From Octopus vulgaris (Eukaryota), in the NCBI GenBank assembly GCA_951406725.2, contig OX597829.1, positions 32,178,001 to 32,242,000 of the forward strand: DNA of 64,000 nt. The letters are read 5' to 3'. Position 1 is the stretch's first letter; the number at the start of each line of letters is the position of its first letter. The position numbers and the translations under genes were made by a program. Under the pieces are notes generated by a model that saw nothing but the letters and a program-made list of their open reading frames with translations, did no database searches and was not told the origin of the DNA. Shown piece by piece: positions 1 to 11,696 of this stretch.

Positions 1-937
1 ATTGTTTTAACAAAAACAAGACTAAGTCTGTAGTCAGATGTTAACTGCTTAGCTTTTGGTTTTTATAAGTTACCAATAACTGCTGTCTACATTTCCCTGA
101 GCTAATATGAAGAGCTTGTATCTGGTCATTCAATCTGCTAGAAATAGAAGCTAAAATCCCTTCAAATTATGCTTAACCATTTTAGAAAAGAACATTTTGG
201 GTAAAGTGGTCTTGGGTTCACTGCATACAGGAAGGAAATCGGACGGGTAAGGCTGAAATGTCTTTGGTCGTAAGTCTACTCATTCAAAGTTGACTTGGAT
301 TTAAATAACAGTAGAAGTGACAGAAATGGTAGCATATCAGACCAAATGGTTTACAATATTTTTTCCTGTACATTCTGAGTCATAAATTCAGCAAAATTCC
401 ACTCATCCTTTCATTTTCTCTGTCAACTGGGGGAAGGGGAAGGGATCGTAGGGTAGAACCTCCATAGGGTCCTATCAGAAGCAGCTACCATTAGACTTCC
501 CAACTGGATTCCTCTACTGTAGCCCTACCCAGTCAAAGAGGATCTTAGTTGTGCAAGCTATATAGTAACCTCACTAGTGCTGGTGCCAGGAACAAAGCAC
601 ACAGTACACTCTGTAGACTGGATGGTGTTAGAGAGGGCATGGAAATTATACTGACCAGACCAGTGAAGCCTGACATGGTTCTTCAATTCAACAGATCCTG
701 TCAAACTGTTCAACTTATGTCAGCATGGAGGCAGACATTAAAAGATGATGATGATGATGATAAGACCACAGAACACTATACTACACTGTATCAATAATGG
801 ATATATCATTACTCTGCATCATACTATACAGCACATTATACTACAGTGTACAATACTAAACAGCATGAATATTATGCACTTCACAAACAATATTAATGAT
901 GCATACATCATTACTCTGTACTATACTATATAGTATA

Positions 938-1258
938 TGGTGGATGCGCAATGGTCCAGTGGTTGGGCAGTGGACTCATGGTTGGAGGATCGCGATTTCG
1001 ATTCCCACACTGGGCGTTGTGTGTGTTTATTGAGCGAAAACACCAAAAAGCTCCACGAGGCTCCAGCGGGGGGGGGGGGGCAACCCCTGTTGTACTCTTT
1101 CGCCACAACTTTCTCTCACTCTCTCTTCCCGTTTCTTGAGTAACGCTGCGATGGACTTGCATCCCGTCCAGCTGGGGGGAACACATATGCCACAGAAACC
1201 GGGAAACTGGGCCCATGAGCCTGGCTAGGCTTGAAAAGGGCGACAAAAAAAAAATATC
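938..1258 (+). mobile_element. tRNA-derived SINE (V-domain-like central region) with 10-bp TSD
   Basis: tRNA-like head with A box (TGGTCCAGTGG) and B box (ATTTCGATTCC), central GCGATGGACTTGCATCCCGTCCAG, A-rich tail. ATATAGTATA flanks it at 928-937 and 1259-1268. Confidence 0.8.
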
Positions 1259-2456
1259 ATATAGTATAGTACCAGATGTCATTGCATTAATAACATACAT
1301 TATAATAACACTGCACTATTACCACTCTATATGATAGTATTCCACACTACATTAATTTAGCACACGATACTAATAATGTATACCGAACCACATTGTTCTG
1401 AACTACACTTTATTTAAAATGAATGCTACAATACTGCACTAAATAAATCATGTACAATTCAGCCATGACCATCTTATTGTAATATTTCCAGACTGTTTTT
1501 TTCAAAGATGGCAAAATATAATTTGAGAGAAATTTGGTTACTATATCTTGTAAGTAGGCAACCATGTAAGGGCTCTTTCTATCAGTGGTGCATTTTCAAC
1601 AGAGATGTTGTTGTTGTTGCTAAGCCCTGGGTCAAATCTCAGAAACACAATAAAAAGGCAATGCAATCATGATCATCATGTCTTTTCTTTTTTAAAGGCA
1701 TGACTGACTACATAATCTAACGTATCTTTTCTTTATTCAAGATGGTTTTGAGTACATTTAGCTGCTATATCTAGCACAATGAATGACCACACAATTTCAT
1801 CCCTGGTTCAAAGAAGGAAAATATTTCAATGTCCTATATTAATGCTGTGTGATACAGCAATATAGCACAGTGTACTATATTACATTGGAGTTATTATTTA
1901 GCCCCAGGTCAGCCTGGACACTCTCAACACAGCTAAAATGAAAAACATTCTAAAAATAACCAACCCATTTTTTTTTTTTTTGTCAGGTACCATGAATGAA
2001 AAACTACATTACACAATGCTATCTAAGACAACATTTTGAAGACAGTAACATAGCAGATAAAAAAAATTTGATTAATGTTTCCAAGTCAAACTAATGACTA
2101 AAATAGAGGCACCCTGCTCTTCTTAGCAGTGTAATCCATTTCATGTCCAGTCCAAATATCATGATTACTAAGACAAAAAAAAAACCCTAGAATTTACTAA
2201 GTGTCTTACTTTTGCTTTTCAACATTCTCTTTATCTTACATTGAAAGCCTGTCCACTTAAGTGTGGCTGCACCTTCATATGTTTATTGAATTTGTATGTC
2301 AACTGAAAAAAGTGTATGTATGTGTGTGTGTATTTGTCTACATAATGTACATATAAGAACATATGTACACATCTATATATTCATGTATACATACACAACT
2401 ATATATATATATGCCTCAATTTAAGCACCTAATTCACCCGAATCTTAATTATATTT

Positions 2457-2521
<65 letters not shown>

Positions 2522-2592
2522 ATGTATGTACGTACGTACGTACGTACGTACGTATGTAGGTATGTGTGTATATGTATATATACATATATTTA

Positions 2593-2755
2593 GGTCCAGG
2601 CATGGCCATGTGGTAAGAAGCTTGCTTTCCAACCATGTGATTCCAGGTTCAGTCCCAGGGTGGCACCTTGGGCAACTGTCTTCTTCTATAGCCTCAGGCT
2701 GACCAAAGCATTCTGAGTGGATTTGGTAGATGGAAACTGAAAGAAGCGCATTGTA
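2593..2755 (+). mobile_element. Abundant tRNA-derived SINE with CORE-like segment (GCACCTTGGGCAAGTGTCTT)
   Basis: GGCATGGCCATGTGGTAAGAAGCTTGC...GGCACCTTGGGCAACTGTCTTC...GGAAACTGAAAGAAG. Further copies lie near 15077-15458(-), 18920-18980(-), 19225-19460(-), 19730-19875(-), 21610-22023(+), 47095-47390(+), 49487-49640(+), 51887-52130(+), 55826-55950(+) and 62294-62593(+). Confidence 0.8.
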
Positions 2756-2764
2756 TATGTATGC

Positions 2765-2802
<38 letters not shown>

Positions 2803-3039
2803 TAAAAATAGGATAAAATCTTTAAAGAATTTATCAAGTAGTTAGCTTGAAAAACCTCATAAGGGAAAAATTTATGAATTATTCCCTTTAAATATATTTA
2901 TTTATATTAAGGGATTACTGTACATAAATGCCTCACACTATGAGGGACTCTTAAAGTCAAAACTACCATAATAAACACATTGTACCGAACATGAGGGAAG
3001 CGAGCCTTTTAAAAACAGTGCAGCATAACCGGCCCGTCT

Positions 3040-3510
3040 AAAAGTACCCTTCAATCATTGGGCAATAAACTGCACTTGCGAAGACCTGTTGATTCAAGTG
3101 AAGTCATTGTTGTGGCCAATGACAATACCACCTGATTGGCACATAAAAAGCTCCATTAGAGCATGATTATTGCCAGTGCTGCCTGACTGGCTCCCATACC
3201 AGTGGTACATAAAAAGCACCATTTGAATGTGATTGATGCCAGTGCTGGCTGATTGGTCTGGTGGTATGTAAAAAGTACCATTCGAGTGTGGTCGATGCCA
3301 CTACCGCCTGACTGGCCCCTCATGCTGGTGGCCTGTAAAAAGCACCCACTACACTCTTGGAGTGGTTGGCATTAGGAAGGGCATCTAGGAAGCTGCAGAA
3401 ACTCTGCCAGATCAGATTGGAGCTTGGTGCAGCCTACTGGCTCGCCAGCCCTCAGTCAAACCATCCAACTCGTGCCAGCATGGAAAGCGGATGTTAAACA
3501 ACAATGATGT
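3040..3510 (+). mobile_element. RTE LINE 3' UTR fragment with degenerate sub-repeats and tail
   Basis: Contains CACTTGCGAAGACCTGTTGA, several GGCAC..AAAAAGCACC units and GGTTGGCATTAGGAAGGGCATC...CATGGAAAGCGGATGTTAAA, as in 32450-33037. Confidence 0.75.
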
Positions 3511-3569
3511 TGATGTGTCTTTATATCTGTGTTTGTCCCCCACCACTGCTTGACAACTGGTGCTGGACC

Positions 3570-5425
3570 ATGGACACTGATTAACTCAAAACAAAGTGAA
3601 TTATTGGTTAGGGGCTTATATGCAAGTAGAGTGATGTATATGAGCTGCAGCATAGCACATATGAAAGAAAATGTGATAGATGAGTGGTTAATGAGAGTTG
3701 TCAAAGCAATGTACAGGGATGCTAAGGTGAGAGTCACCACTGAGTATCGTGAGAAGCTTCATTTACAAGTAGGAGCCCACCAGGGTTCAGTTCATAGCTC
3801 CCTCATATTTATCATGGTCCTCCAAGCTATAACTGAGGAATTTAAGACTAGTTGCCCTTGGGAGCTCCTCTAAGCCGATGACCTTGTTCTTATTGCTGAA
3901 CCACTACCAAAACTAGAGAAGAAATTTCAGGTACGGAAGCAAGGTCTGGAATCAAAGGGCCTTAGAGTTAATTTAGTAAAGACCCAAGTATCAATAAGTA
4001 GGAAAACAGACAAATTGCAGATCCATTCAGGGAGATGACACTGCCCGATATGGAGAAAAGGTGTAAGGAGAAACTACATAAGGTGTACCCAGTGCCAGCT
4101 ATGGACACATAAGAGATGCAGCTGTATCACTGGGCAACTAATGGAGAAAGTAGTCTTTACATGTGGCAGATGCGCAGGTACATTAAACACCAGGGATGCA
4201 CAAAAAACAAACTCCCTCATGTGCCAGGAGGGATCCCAAGAAGTAAAAGACAGTTCCCATTACTTAGGTGACCAAGTCGGTAGTAGGGGTGGTTGTTCCA
4301 AAAGCATTGTTTGTTCCTTCTTGAGCCATGCCTGGCTCATAGGGCCGGTTTTCTGGTTTCCTTGGCATATAGGTTCCCTACCTGGATGGGACGCCAGTCC
4401 ATTGCAGGTGAACTGCAAGATGCAGGAGGAAAGAATGACAGAAAGTTGTGGCAAAAGAGTCAGCAGAAGTTTGCCATTACCCTCTGCCGTAACTGCATGG
4501 AGCTTAGGTGTTTCGCTCATAAACACATACATCGCCTGGTCTGAGATTCGAACCCGCGATCCCTCGACCGCAAGTCCACTGCTCTAACTACTAGGCCATG
4601 TGCCTCCACTCCAAAAGCATAGCTGCTAAAATAAGAATATGTTGCATGACGTTCAGAGAGCTGCTACCTCTATTAGTAATGAATGGAAGAATGAAAGGCA
4701 TATTGTATGATGCCTGTGTAAAAACAGCTATGCTACATGGCAGTGAGACATGGACTGTGACTACTGAGGATATGTAAAGACTTGAAAGAAATGAAGCCAG
4801 TATGCTTTGCTGGATCGGTAATGTCAGTGTGCATACATGAGAGAGTGTAAATGATTTGAGAGAAAATCTGGGTATATGTAGCATCAGCTGTAGTGTGCAA
4901 GAGAGAAGACTGTGTTGATATGGCCATGTAACCCATATGAATGAAGACAGTTGCATCAAGAGATGCTAATCTCTAATTGTAGAGGGAATATGTGGAAGGG
5001 GTAGACCCAGGAAGATGTGGTACGAAGTGGTGAGAAAGGATCTACAGACATTAGGACTTGCAGAGGGGATGACAGGGGACTGAGATTCCATACGATTTGC
5101 TGTGCTTGAAAAGACTCATCAAGCTAAGTAAAAGCATGGCTGTCTTTGTACGCAGGCTCATCTCCTGCAACCCTCTCCAGATGAGTATCCCTAATTTTGT
5201 GGGCTTGTAGGTGCTGGTACCATGTAAAAAGCACCTGTGCCAGTGCTGCATATAAAAGCACCCAGTATACACTGTAAAGTGGCTGGCATTAGGAAGGGCA
5301 TCCAGCCATAGAAACCATGCCAAAACAGACAAGGAGCTTGTACAGCCCTTCAGCTGCTCAGCTTCTGCCAAACTATCCAACCCATACCAGCATGGAAAAA
5401 CAGACGTTAAATGAAGATAATGAAC
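3570..5425 (+). mobile_element. Degenerate 5'-truncated RTE LINE (RT, PHD-like finger, 3' tail), interrupted by a SINE
   Basis: Peptides EWLMRVVKAMY, GAHQGS, QAITEEFKTSCPWELL*ADD, YLGDQV and FRELLPL are homologous to the copy at 31369-32367, with stops and frameshifts. Confidence 0.9.
4308..4609 (-). mobile_element. tRNA-derived SINE (same family as 938-1258) inserted into the RTE, 11-bp TSD
   Basis: TCCAAAAGCAT at 4297-4307 and 4610-4620. The RTE frame GGCSKSI|AAKIRI resumes after the second copy. Confidence 0.9.
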
Positions 5426-5449
5426 ATCAACCACTTCATAGAAAGAACT

Positions 5450-6082
5450 AAGTGCTTTTTCTATGGTACCATAATGAGTGCTTTGTATGCAGAACTGGCA
5501 CGAGCGCCTTATGTGGGACCAGCACAGTTGTTCTTACATGGAACTAGCACAGGTATTTCCCATGCAACATGAGTGCTTTCCTATGTGACCCCAGCACAGA
5601 TGTTTTTCTATGTGGCACTGACATGGGAGCTTTCCTATGTGGAACCAGTACACCAGGTGCTTTTCTACACATTACATGGCAATACCAACACAGTCTTCTC
5701 TCTTGTATACTACATCTGATGCTACATATACTCAGTTTTTCTTTCAAACTACTTACTTACACTCTATAATATACGCATCCAGTGAAGCATACTGGTTTCA
5801 TTTCTTTCAAGTCTTTGCATATCCTCAGTAGTCACAGTCCATGTCTCACTACCAGGTAGCACAGCTGTTTGTACACAGGCATCGAACAATCTGCCTTTTA
5901 CTCTGAGGGAGAGGCCTTTTGTTACTAACAGAGGTAGTAGCTCTCTGGACATTGCCCAGCCTATTCTTATTCTAGCTACAATGCTTTTGGAACAATCACC
6001 CCTACTACTAGCTTGGTCACCTAAGTAATGGAAACAGTCTACTACTTCTAGGGATGCTCCCTGGCATACGAGGGAGTCTATT
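5450..6082 (-). mobile_element. RTE LINE fragment, inverted relative to 3570-5425, with ~25-bp degenerate tandem sub-repeats at 5450-5670
   Basis: ORF 5764-6114(-) has LEVVDCFHYLGDQ...RELLPLLVTKGLSLRVKGRL. About nine GTGCTTT..ATG..GCAC units are the reverse complement of the RTE 3' UTR sub-repeat. Confidence 0.85.
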
Positions 6083-6651
6083 TTTTTATAATATATATAT
6101 ATATATATATTCATGTATGTTATTTTGTAATAATTACTGGTATCCTTATATATTAATATATTTTATATTTTATATTTAAAGCATAATATGTTATACATAA
6201 ATGTATATTATTGTAATTGTCATTTTAGTAAATAAATAAATAAGTTGACATGATATAATGTCTAAAAGTTGATGAACCACCTATTGATCCCCTCCATTTT
6301 CTTATTGCTACATTATCTATATATGTGTGTGTGTGTGTGTATTATGCACACACACTATATATATATATGTATGTATGTATATGTATACATACACACACAC
6401 ACACTACGATGTACTATGCTAAACAACATAAATATTATGATGCACTACACACTATTATATTAATTCATAATGATAATGCATACACTGTTACACTGTAGAC
6501 AACACTGCATTAATACAGTACATTATGCTGTACTATTCCATGCAACATTAATGAAGTACACATACACGCACATTATGTTGATAAATTTGTTCACTTCTTT
6601 CTGTTACTTGAATTAACATGAAAAATATTACCATAGTTCATGTGTTGAAGC

Positions 6652-7025
6652 ATATTCTGTTGTGTCTGGGGAGAGTCATTTTCTTTTTGTGCCTTATAAT
6701 TTAACATACTCACCGGTAAAATTTCCACTTATTTCTTATTTTTATTTTCCTAAAATTTTTGTTGCGTCTTGCAACCTTTTCAATAGTCTTGACTCTGTCC
6801 GTTATTTACACTGCGTTCCTTTTTGTTTGTTTGTGTGCATGTGTGTGTGTGTGCCTATGCATGCATTGTAAATAAGAGACAGAGTCAAAACTATTGAAAC
6901 GGTTGCAAGATGCAACGAAAATTTTAGGAAAATAAAAATAAGAAATAAGTGGAAATTTTACCGGTGAGTATGTTAAATTATAAGGCACAAAAAGAAAATG
7001 ACTCTCCCCAGACACAACAGAATAT
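6652..7025. repeat. Near-perfect 159-bp inverted repeat (arms 6652-6810 and 6867-7025, 56-bp spacer)
   Basis: The arms are reverse complements with only a handful of mismatches. The ORF track shows nearly the same peptide on both strands (6662+ and 7015-). Confidence 0.95.
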
Positions 7026-7032
7026 TATCATA

Positions 7033-8190
7033 GTATATTATGGGTTCTTTTTATGTAGCTCTATTCTTCCTCTACAACTTTTGCTTCTCATTTTTGAATT
7101 TGAATAAATTTTATCTCTTTCCAGAAATATGATGATGGAGCGTCAAGTAGAAAAAAAAATGAGCATCTACGACGACTGCTTCTCTTCACTTTTAATCAAG
7201 GTTCCAAAGTTGTCAAAGCTACTCAAGACATTTACACTATGTATGCTATTACTGAAAGAATGGCTCAGAACTGATTGTTACACTTCAAGGAGGAGGAAAT
7301 TCAGCTTCACAAATGCTCCACATTCTGACCAACTTGTTCGTTTTAATGAGGATTAACTGAACCAACTCATCTGCACCAGTCTTCTAGGGAATTAGCCCAA
7401 CAGCTGGGATGCTTCATGATATTGACACCCATCACCTCACCTTCACATGATGGGCAAGGTCCAAAAACATGGATTGTTAGACACTCTGAACAAAAGAGAC
7501 AAATTCCAGAGTTCCTCCATCACCACCAGTTTTCTTGCTCAAGACCAGGCTACCTGTAGATGCAAACAGAGATTTCTTTACCACATCATCACGAGCAATG
7601 AAAAATGGTGTGTCTATGTCAGTATGAAGCAGAGGAAAGAATGACTGAGTCCTGACAAGCAAGCTTGAGTTAAGCCAGAGCTGCATCCATGCAAGAAAAT
7701 GTGATCTGTGCTTATGGAATTGGGAAAAGCCAGTTCATTACAAAATGTCTGCAAATAACCATAAGGTCAATGCAGAGCTTTTTGTTTAACAAATGCACCA
7801 GCTCAATGAGGCAATCCAGCTGAAATGACTCAGTATGCTTCTTTAAAATGACAATGCTCACCCCTACCTCCACACACACACACTACTAATTTAACCACTA
7901 ATGCTAATCACCCACTGTATTCTCCTCATATAGTGCCTTGCCTTCAGATTATCACCTTTTACAGTTGCTCTCCAAAAGTCTGGAACTGAAAATGTGGCTC
8001 AAATTTTTCAAGTCAGACACTATCATATACAGATACTATCAAGCCATTGCCAAACTACTGTAACATTGGTAAGAAGTCGTGATCAATAAAGGAGAATATA
8101 TTTTTGACAGGTTTGTTAAAATTGCTGATGTAAAATAAGAATTAAAATAAACAAAAAAAAAAACGAGCGCATTCATCTGACAACCCAATA
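7033..8190 (+). mobile_element. Degenerate mariner (Tc1/mariner) DNA transposon
   Basis: Broken transposase motifs FLYHIITSNEKW, KPELHP, NDNAHP, PLYSPH, SDYHL and NKGEYI. The right TIR ends ...CATCTGACAACCCAATA (8190); the left TIR is eroded. Confidence 0.85.
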
Positions 8191-8269
8191 GTCAAACATT
8201 AAATCACAGTAAGTCATAGAAACTACTTATTTATAATTAGGGAAAAAAAGAAAACATGCAGATTTTCAA

Positions 8270-10441
8270 CAGTGCAGCTCCTCCAGCCATTGGCTCTGGT
8301 GGCTTCACAATTAGCCCAAATTTCTTCAAATGTCTCACAACCTCCATGGCAGACACTACAGTCTCGTCCACTAGATGTCATCGATGTAGGAACTGGTGGC
8401 CCTTCTTGTCCTATCCACCTTTCCCAGGATGGATTTGAGCACTGTCACCATGATCTTTGGCACAGAATTCAGCCCAAAGCCCAGCCTTGCCAGACAATAT
8501 GTTTGGCCCTTGTATCGCACCAGTTGGTTCTGCCACAGTTTGTCGCTCACATGGAGCTGCAAATATGCCAACTTCAATTCGACGATCGTTGCTGCTTTAG
8601 TCCACTGCCTCCATATGCGCAGCGTCTCATCGCAGACGTAGGTCGCTTCGTCACTTGTGTGGCACAATACATGGCCATTCATCTCCCGAAAGTCCAGTAC
8701 TGGTCTAACTTTGCCCTCTGTTGGCTGCACCACTGCCATTAGAGGTAGCACTCTGCTCATCAACTCCTCTTTCCACAGGATAAGGACACCTTCCTTAATC
8801 CACTTCTCTACCTCTTCTTCAAAATCGTCCCTGGTGTGCCCTTTCAGGGTATGCTGGTAGCAGCTCACTTTGTTTTTCAGTGTTGGGGGTCCTTCTTTCC
8901 AGGACCACTCTATCGTCCATCGCATGCCACCTGAAAATCCTTGTCTTCAATGGAATAGGCAGTGCAGCTCCTTGCAGGGCTCTGCTCCTGCTCACATTCC
9001 TGACTCACAGTGCCTTCATAGCACCAAATAAAACCATGTCTCATCCAACACTGACACCTCTAAGGTGGTCAACTGCATCCATCCTCATTACCACATCGAT
9101 CCTGTCTACCAACGTGATCAATCACAATCGCCTCAAACCTTAACGTTGTGCCTCACACCATTATATCCACATTGCTGCTACCCTTGCATTCTATTTCACT
9201 GCCGTCAACCACCCGAACGCTACTCATCCCCTTCCATTTCTTTGTCACCTTCGGGGTCACGAGAGTCATTGTGCAGCCGGTGTCCATAAGGGCCTGTGTT
9301 TCCCCTGACCATGACCTCAACTACAGACAGTGACTTCACCAACACCTCTATTTGTTCACAGGGGAAGTTTGAAAGGCAACATCTTCCCCATGGCCTTTTC
9401 CCTGGCTACAACTTCAGGCAATATGCCCAGTCTGTTTGTACCAGTAGTAAGCCGGTCTGGGCTCTGCGCAGTCCCTCACCACGTGCAGTCCTTGGCACTT
9501 AAAACACCGTCCTGTGAATGGCTGCTCTTGTTCCATAGCAGGCCTCTTTTTGTCCTTCACTGGCCGTCATGCAAATTCGTGGGCTTCGCAGCCGCCATCA
9601 CCACTGCCTTCCACCTGGTGTTTTGTGTTAACATGCGGGCTTGAACAATGAGCTCGTTCATCACCATTTTGTTGCTGCCTGGCAACTGTTGTAGTCGCAT
9701 CATGTCATCAGGAAAGCCATTCACAAAAGCCAGTCACGCTACTTTCTCAAGTCCCTCACCGGTAAGACCAGATAACACAACCAGCCTCCATACCTACACA
9801 GCATATTTGTCCACCTGTTCCCCTCTCCATCCGATTGTTCCTGGCTTAACAAAAGCAGTGTACTCTCAATCTGTGTAAGCCTCTCTCATGCGTTGCTCAA
9901 TCTTCGCCACGCTCAGCTGTTCTTCATCTATTTCGAGGTACAGTGCCAGCGCACTCCCTTCTAAAAACAGTGTCATGAGGCTTGCTACATCTTTGAAGCC
10001 ATTATAGCCTGGCCACAACTCTGACCTTTCGAATCCAGGCTAGTACATCACTTTCGCCATAGAAAGGTCTGATGATGTCACTGCCGATCCTTATCTTCAC
10101 TGCCATCATATATCAAGGGACAATGACATTTATATACAATTGTCGATATAGCTTGTCGTGCATGGGAAATGAAAAGAGGTTCACCTATTTTCCCCTCTCT
10201 TTTGCACACATCCACTAGTAGTCACTCCCGCGATCCTGCCCTACCATGTCACCCAGTATAAGCAGCTGCTAACTCACCAACCTGAGAGTGAATTCTCTCA
10301 TGTCCGTTTGCAATGCCTCAGCCAGCCAAAAGAGGGCGACCCTATCCTGTCCCCTGCCACACTTCCCTTCTCATGCTTCCTCTTCCAGTCAGTCCCTTGA
10401 CCATTGACGTCATGGCCTTCTTCTTCCAGCTCATCCCCACA
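8270..10441 (-). mobile_element. 3'-truncated Ty3/Gypsy LTR retrotransposon (putative LTR, gag with zinc knuckles, protease, RT)
   Basis: The minus strand begins TGTGGGG at 10441 (putative LTR ~10110-10441). Gag-like IIRPFYGESDV and LFLEGSALALY, CCHC-like knuckles at ~9420-9510, protease ALMDTGC at ~9290, RT VLPLMAVVQPTEGKVRPVLDFREMN, RLGFGLNS and SYIDDI. No RNase H or integrase seen. Confidence 0.9.
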
Positions 10442-10664
10442 GTTTACATATAGAAAATATTGCAAACCTGACCTCTAACATAAAACCAATGGTTTCTAAT
10501 TTAAGCACAAGGCCAGAAATTTTGTGGGGAAGATTTTGGTCAGTTATATCCACTTCAGTACTTAACTGATACTTTTATTTCATTGACTATGGAAGAGCAA
10601 AAGCAAAGTTGACTTATGTGGGATACGAACTCTGAATATAAAGAGCAGGAAATTAATGACAACT

Positions 10665-10707
<43 letters not shown>

Positions 10708-11533
10708 ACAACACGGACGTAAGTACTTGCATTGCAGCTATGCTAGTCCCTACACAGATTACATCGACCTCAGAACTTAACTAGTTTTTTTTTTATTTAA
10801 TTGAACCCGGATAAAAAAGAAAGGCAACGTTGACCACGACAAGATTTGAAATCAAATTGTTGTGGGTGTTGATACTAATATTCTTCTGGCACACATTTTG
10901 ACCGATGGTAATACATTCGACGAACAGTTAAACGAATCAATGTGGGAGCTTGTAGGTAATCGTTTAACTTGCAGTTCAGTCCTCCTCAAATCATACCCCT
11001 ATGGCTTTGAATATGTCACAATCGATAATATGGTCCTGGAATGAAGAAAACAAAATAGGATGGTGGTTACGGCCGGTATTCCTTTAATCATAAGACTAAC
11101 CCACCAGCAACAACAAAGAGTGGTACTTCGTTTTATTAAATCCAGGAAGACGAAAGACGAAGTTGATCTCAGCGAAATTTGAACTGGTACATTTTTAGTG
11201 AAGCAACTGGGGGTACACTTGTAAAAATTTACCCAAATAACATCACGACTAATAAATATTACATAATATTATATAAGTTACATTTAAGACAAACAAAACA
11301 AGCAAATATGAACTCATGCACGGTGCAGTCTTAAAGTGTGGGAACACTAGACAACTGCCTAGTGGAGAGGCTTCGCCAAGTTTAGAGACCCTAATTCTAA
11401 ACTATATATATTCAGTGGTGGTGTATGTAGGGAAAAGGCAGTGTATTGCTTTACCCACAGCCTCGCAGTCCTATAATGCTTTTAAGACAGCCCTGTACAT
11501 GTTCACTTTATAAATAAAATTCTTTTAACTTAC

Positions 11534-11696
11534 CGGCAACAGCGGTGTCACCCCAAAAACCACTTGCGCACCCAATTCTAACAACATCGTTTTCATTCGG
11601 AATTTTGTAACAGTACTGTCGATTAAAACAGACAAACTTTTTCAAGGAATAACGGTTGTTTAACAACAGTTTAGCAGACATTCTAGAAGCTGACAT
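11534..11696 (-). CDS. First coding exon of an AtuA / DUF1446 (acyclic terpene utilisation) family protein, probably mitochondrially targeted
   Basis: ATG at 11696 translates to MSASRMSAKLLLNNRYSLKKFVCFNRQYCYKIPNENDVVRIGCASGFWGDTAVA. VRIGCASGFWGD is the characteristic N-terminal motif of AtuA/DUF1446 proteins. A perfect donor GCC G|GTAAGT follows (intron starts at 11533, phase 1). The first ~30 aa are Arg/Lys/Ser/Leu-rich with no acidic residues. No downstream exon was recognised in 1-11533. Confidence 0.88.

Noticed and set aside
938-1010. tRNA-like sequences (also 4540-4609 and 28492-28580)
   Set aside because: They are SINE heads continuing into SINE bodies with TSDs, and lack a complete cloverleaf.
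2925-2975. Possible hammerhead motif CTATGAGG-GAC-TCTTAAA-GTC-AAAACTAC (and GAAAC...CTGAAGA at ~33412-33433)
   Set aside because: The core nucleotides and stems I/III could not be assembled convincingly. They may be decayed PLE pLTRs but this is unsupported here.
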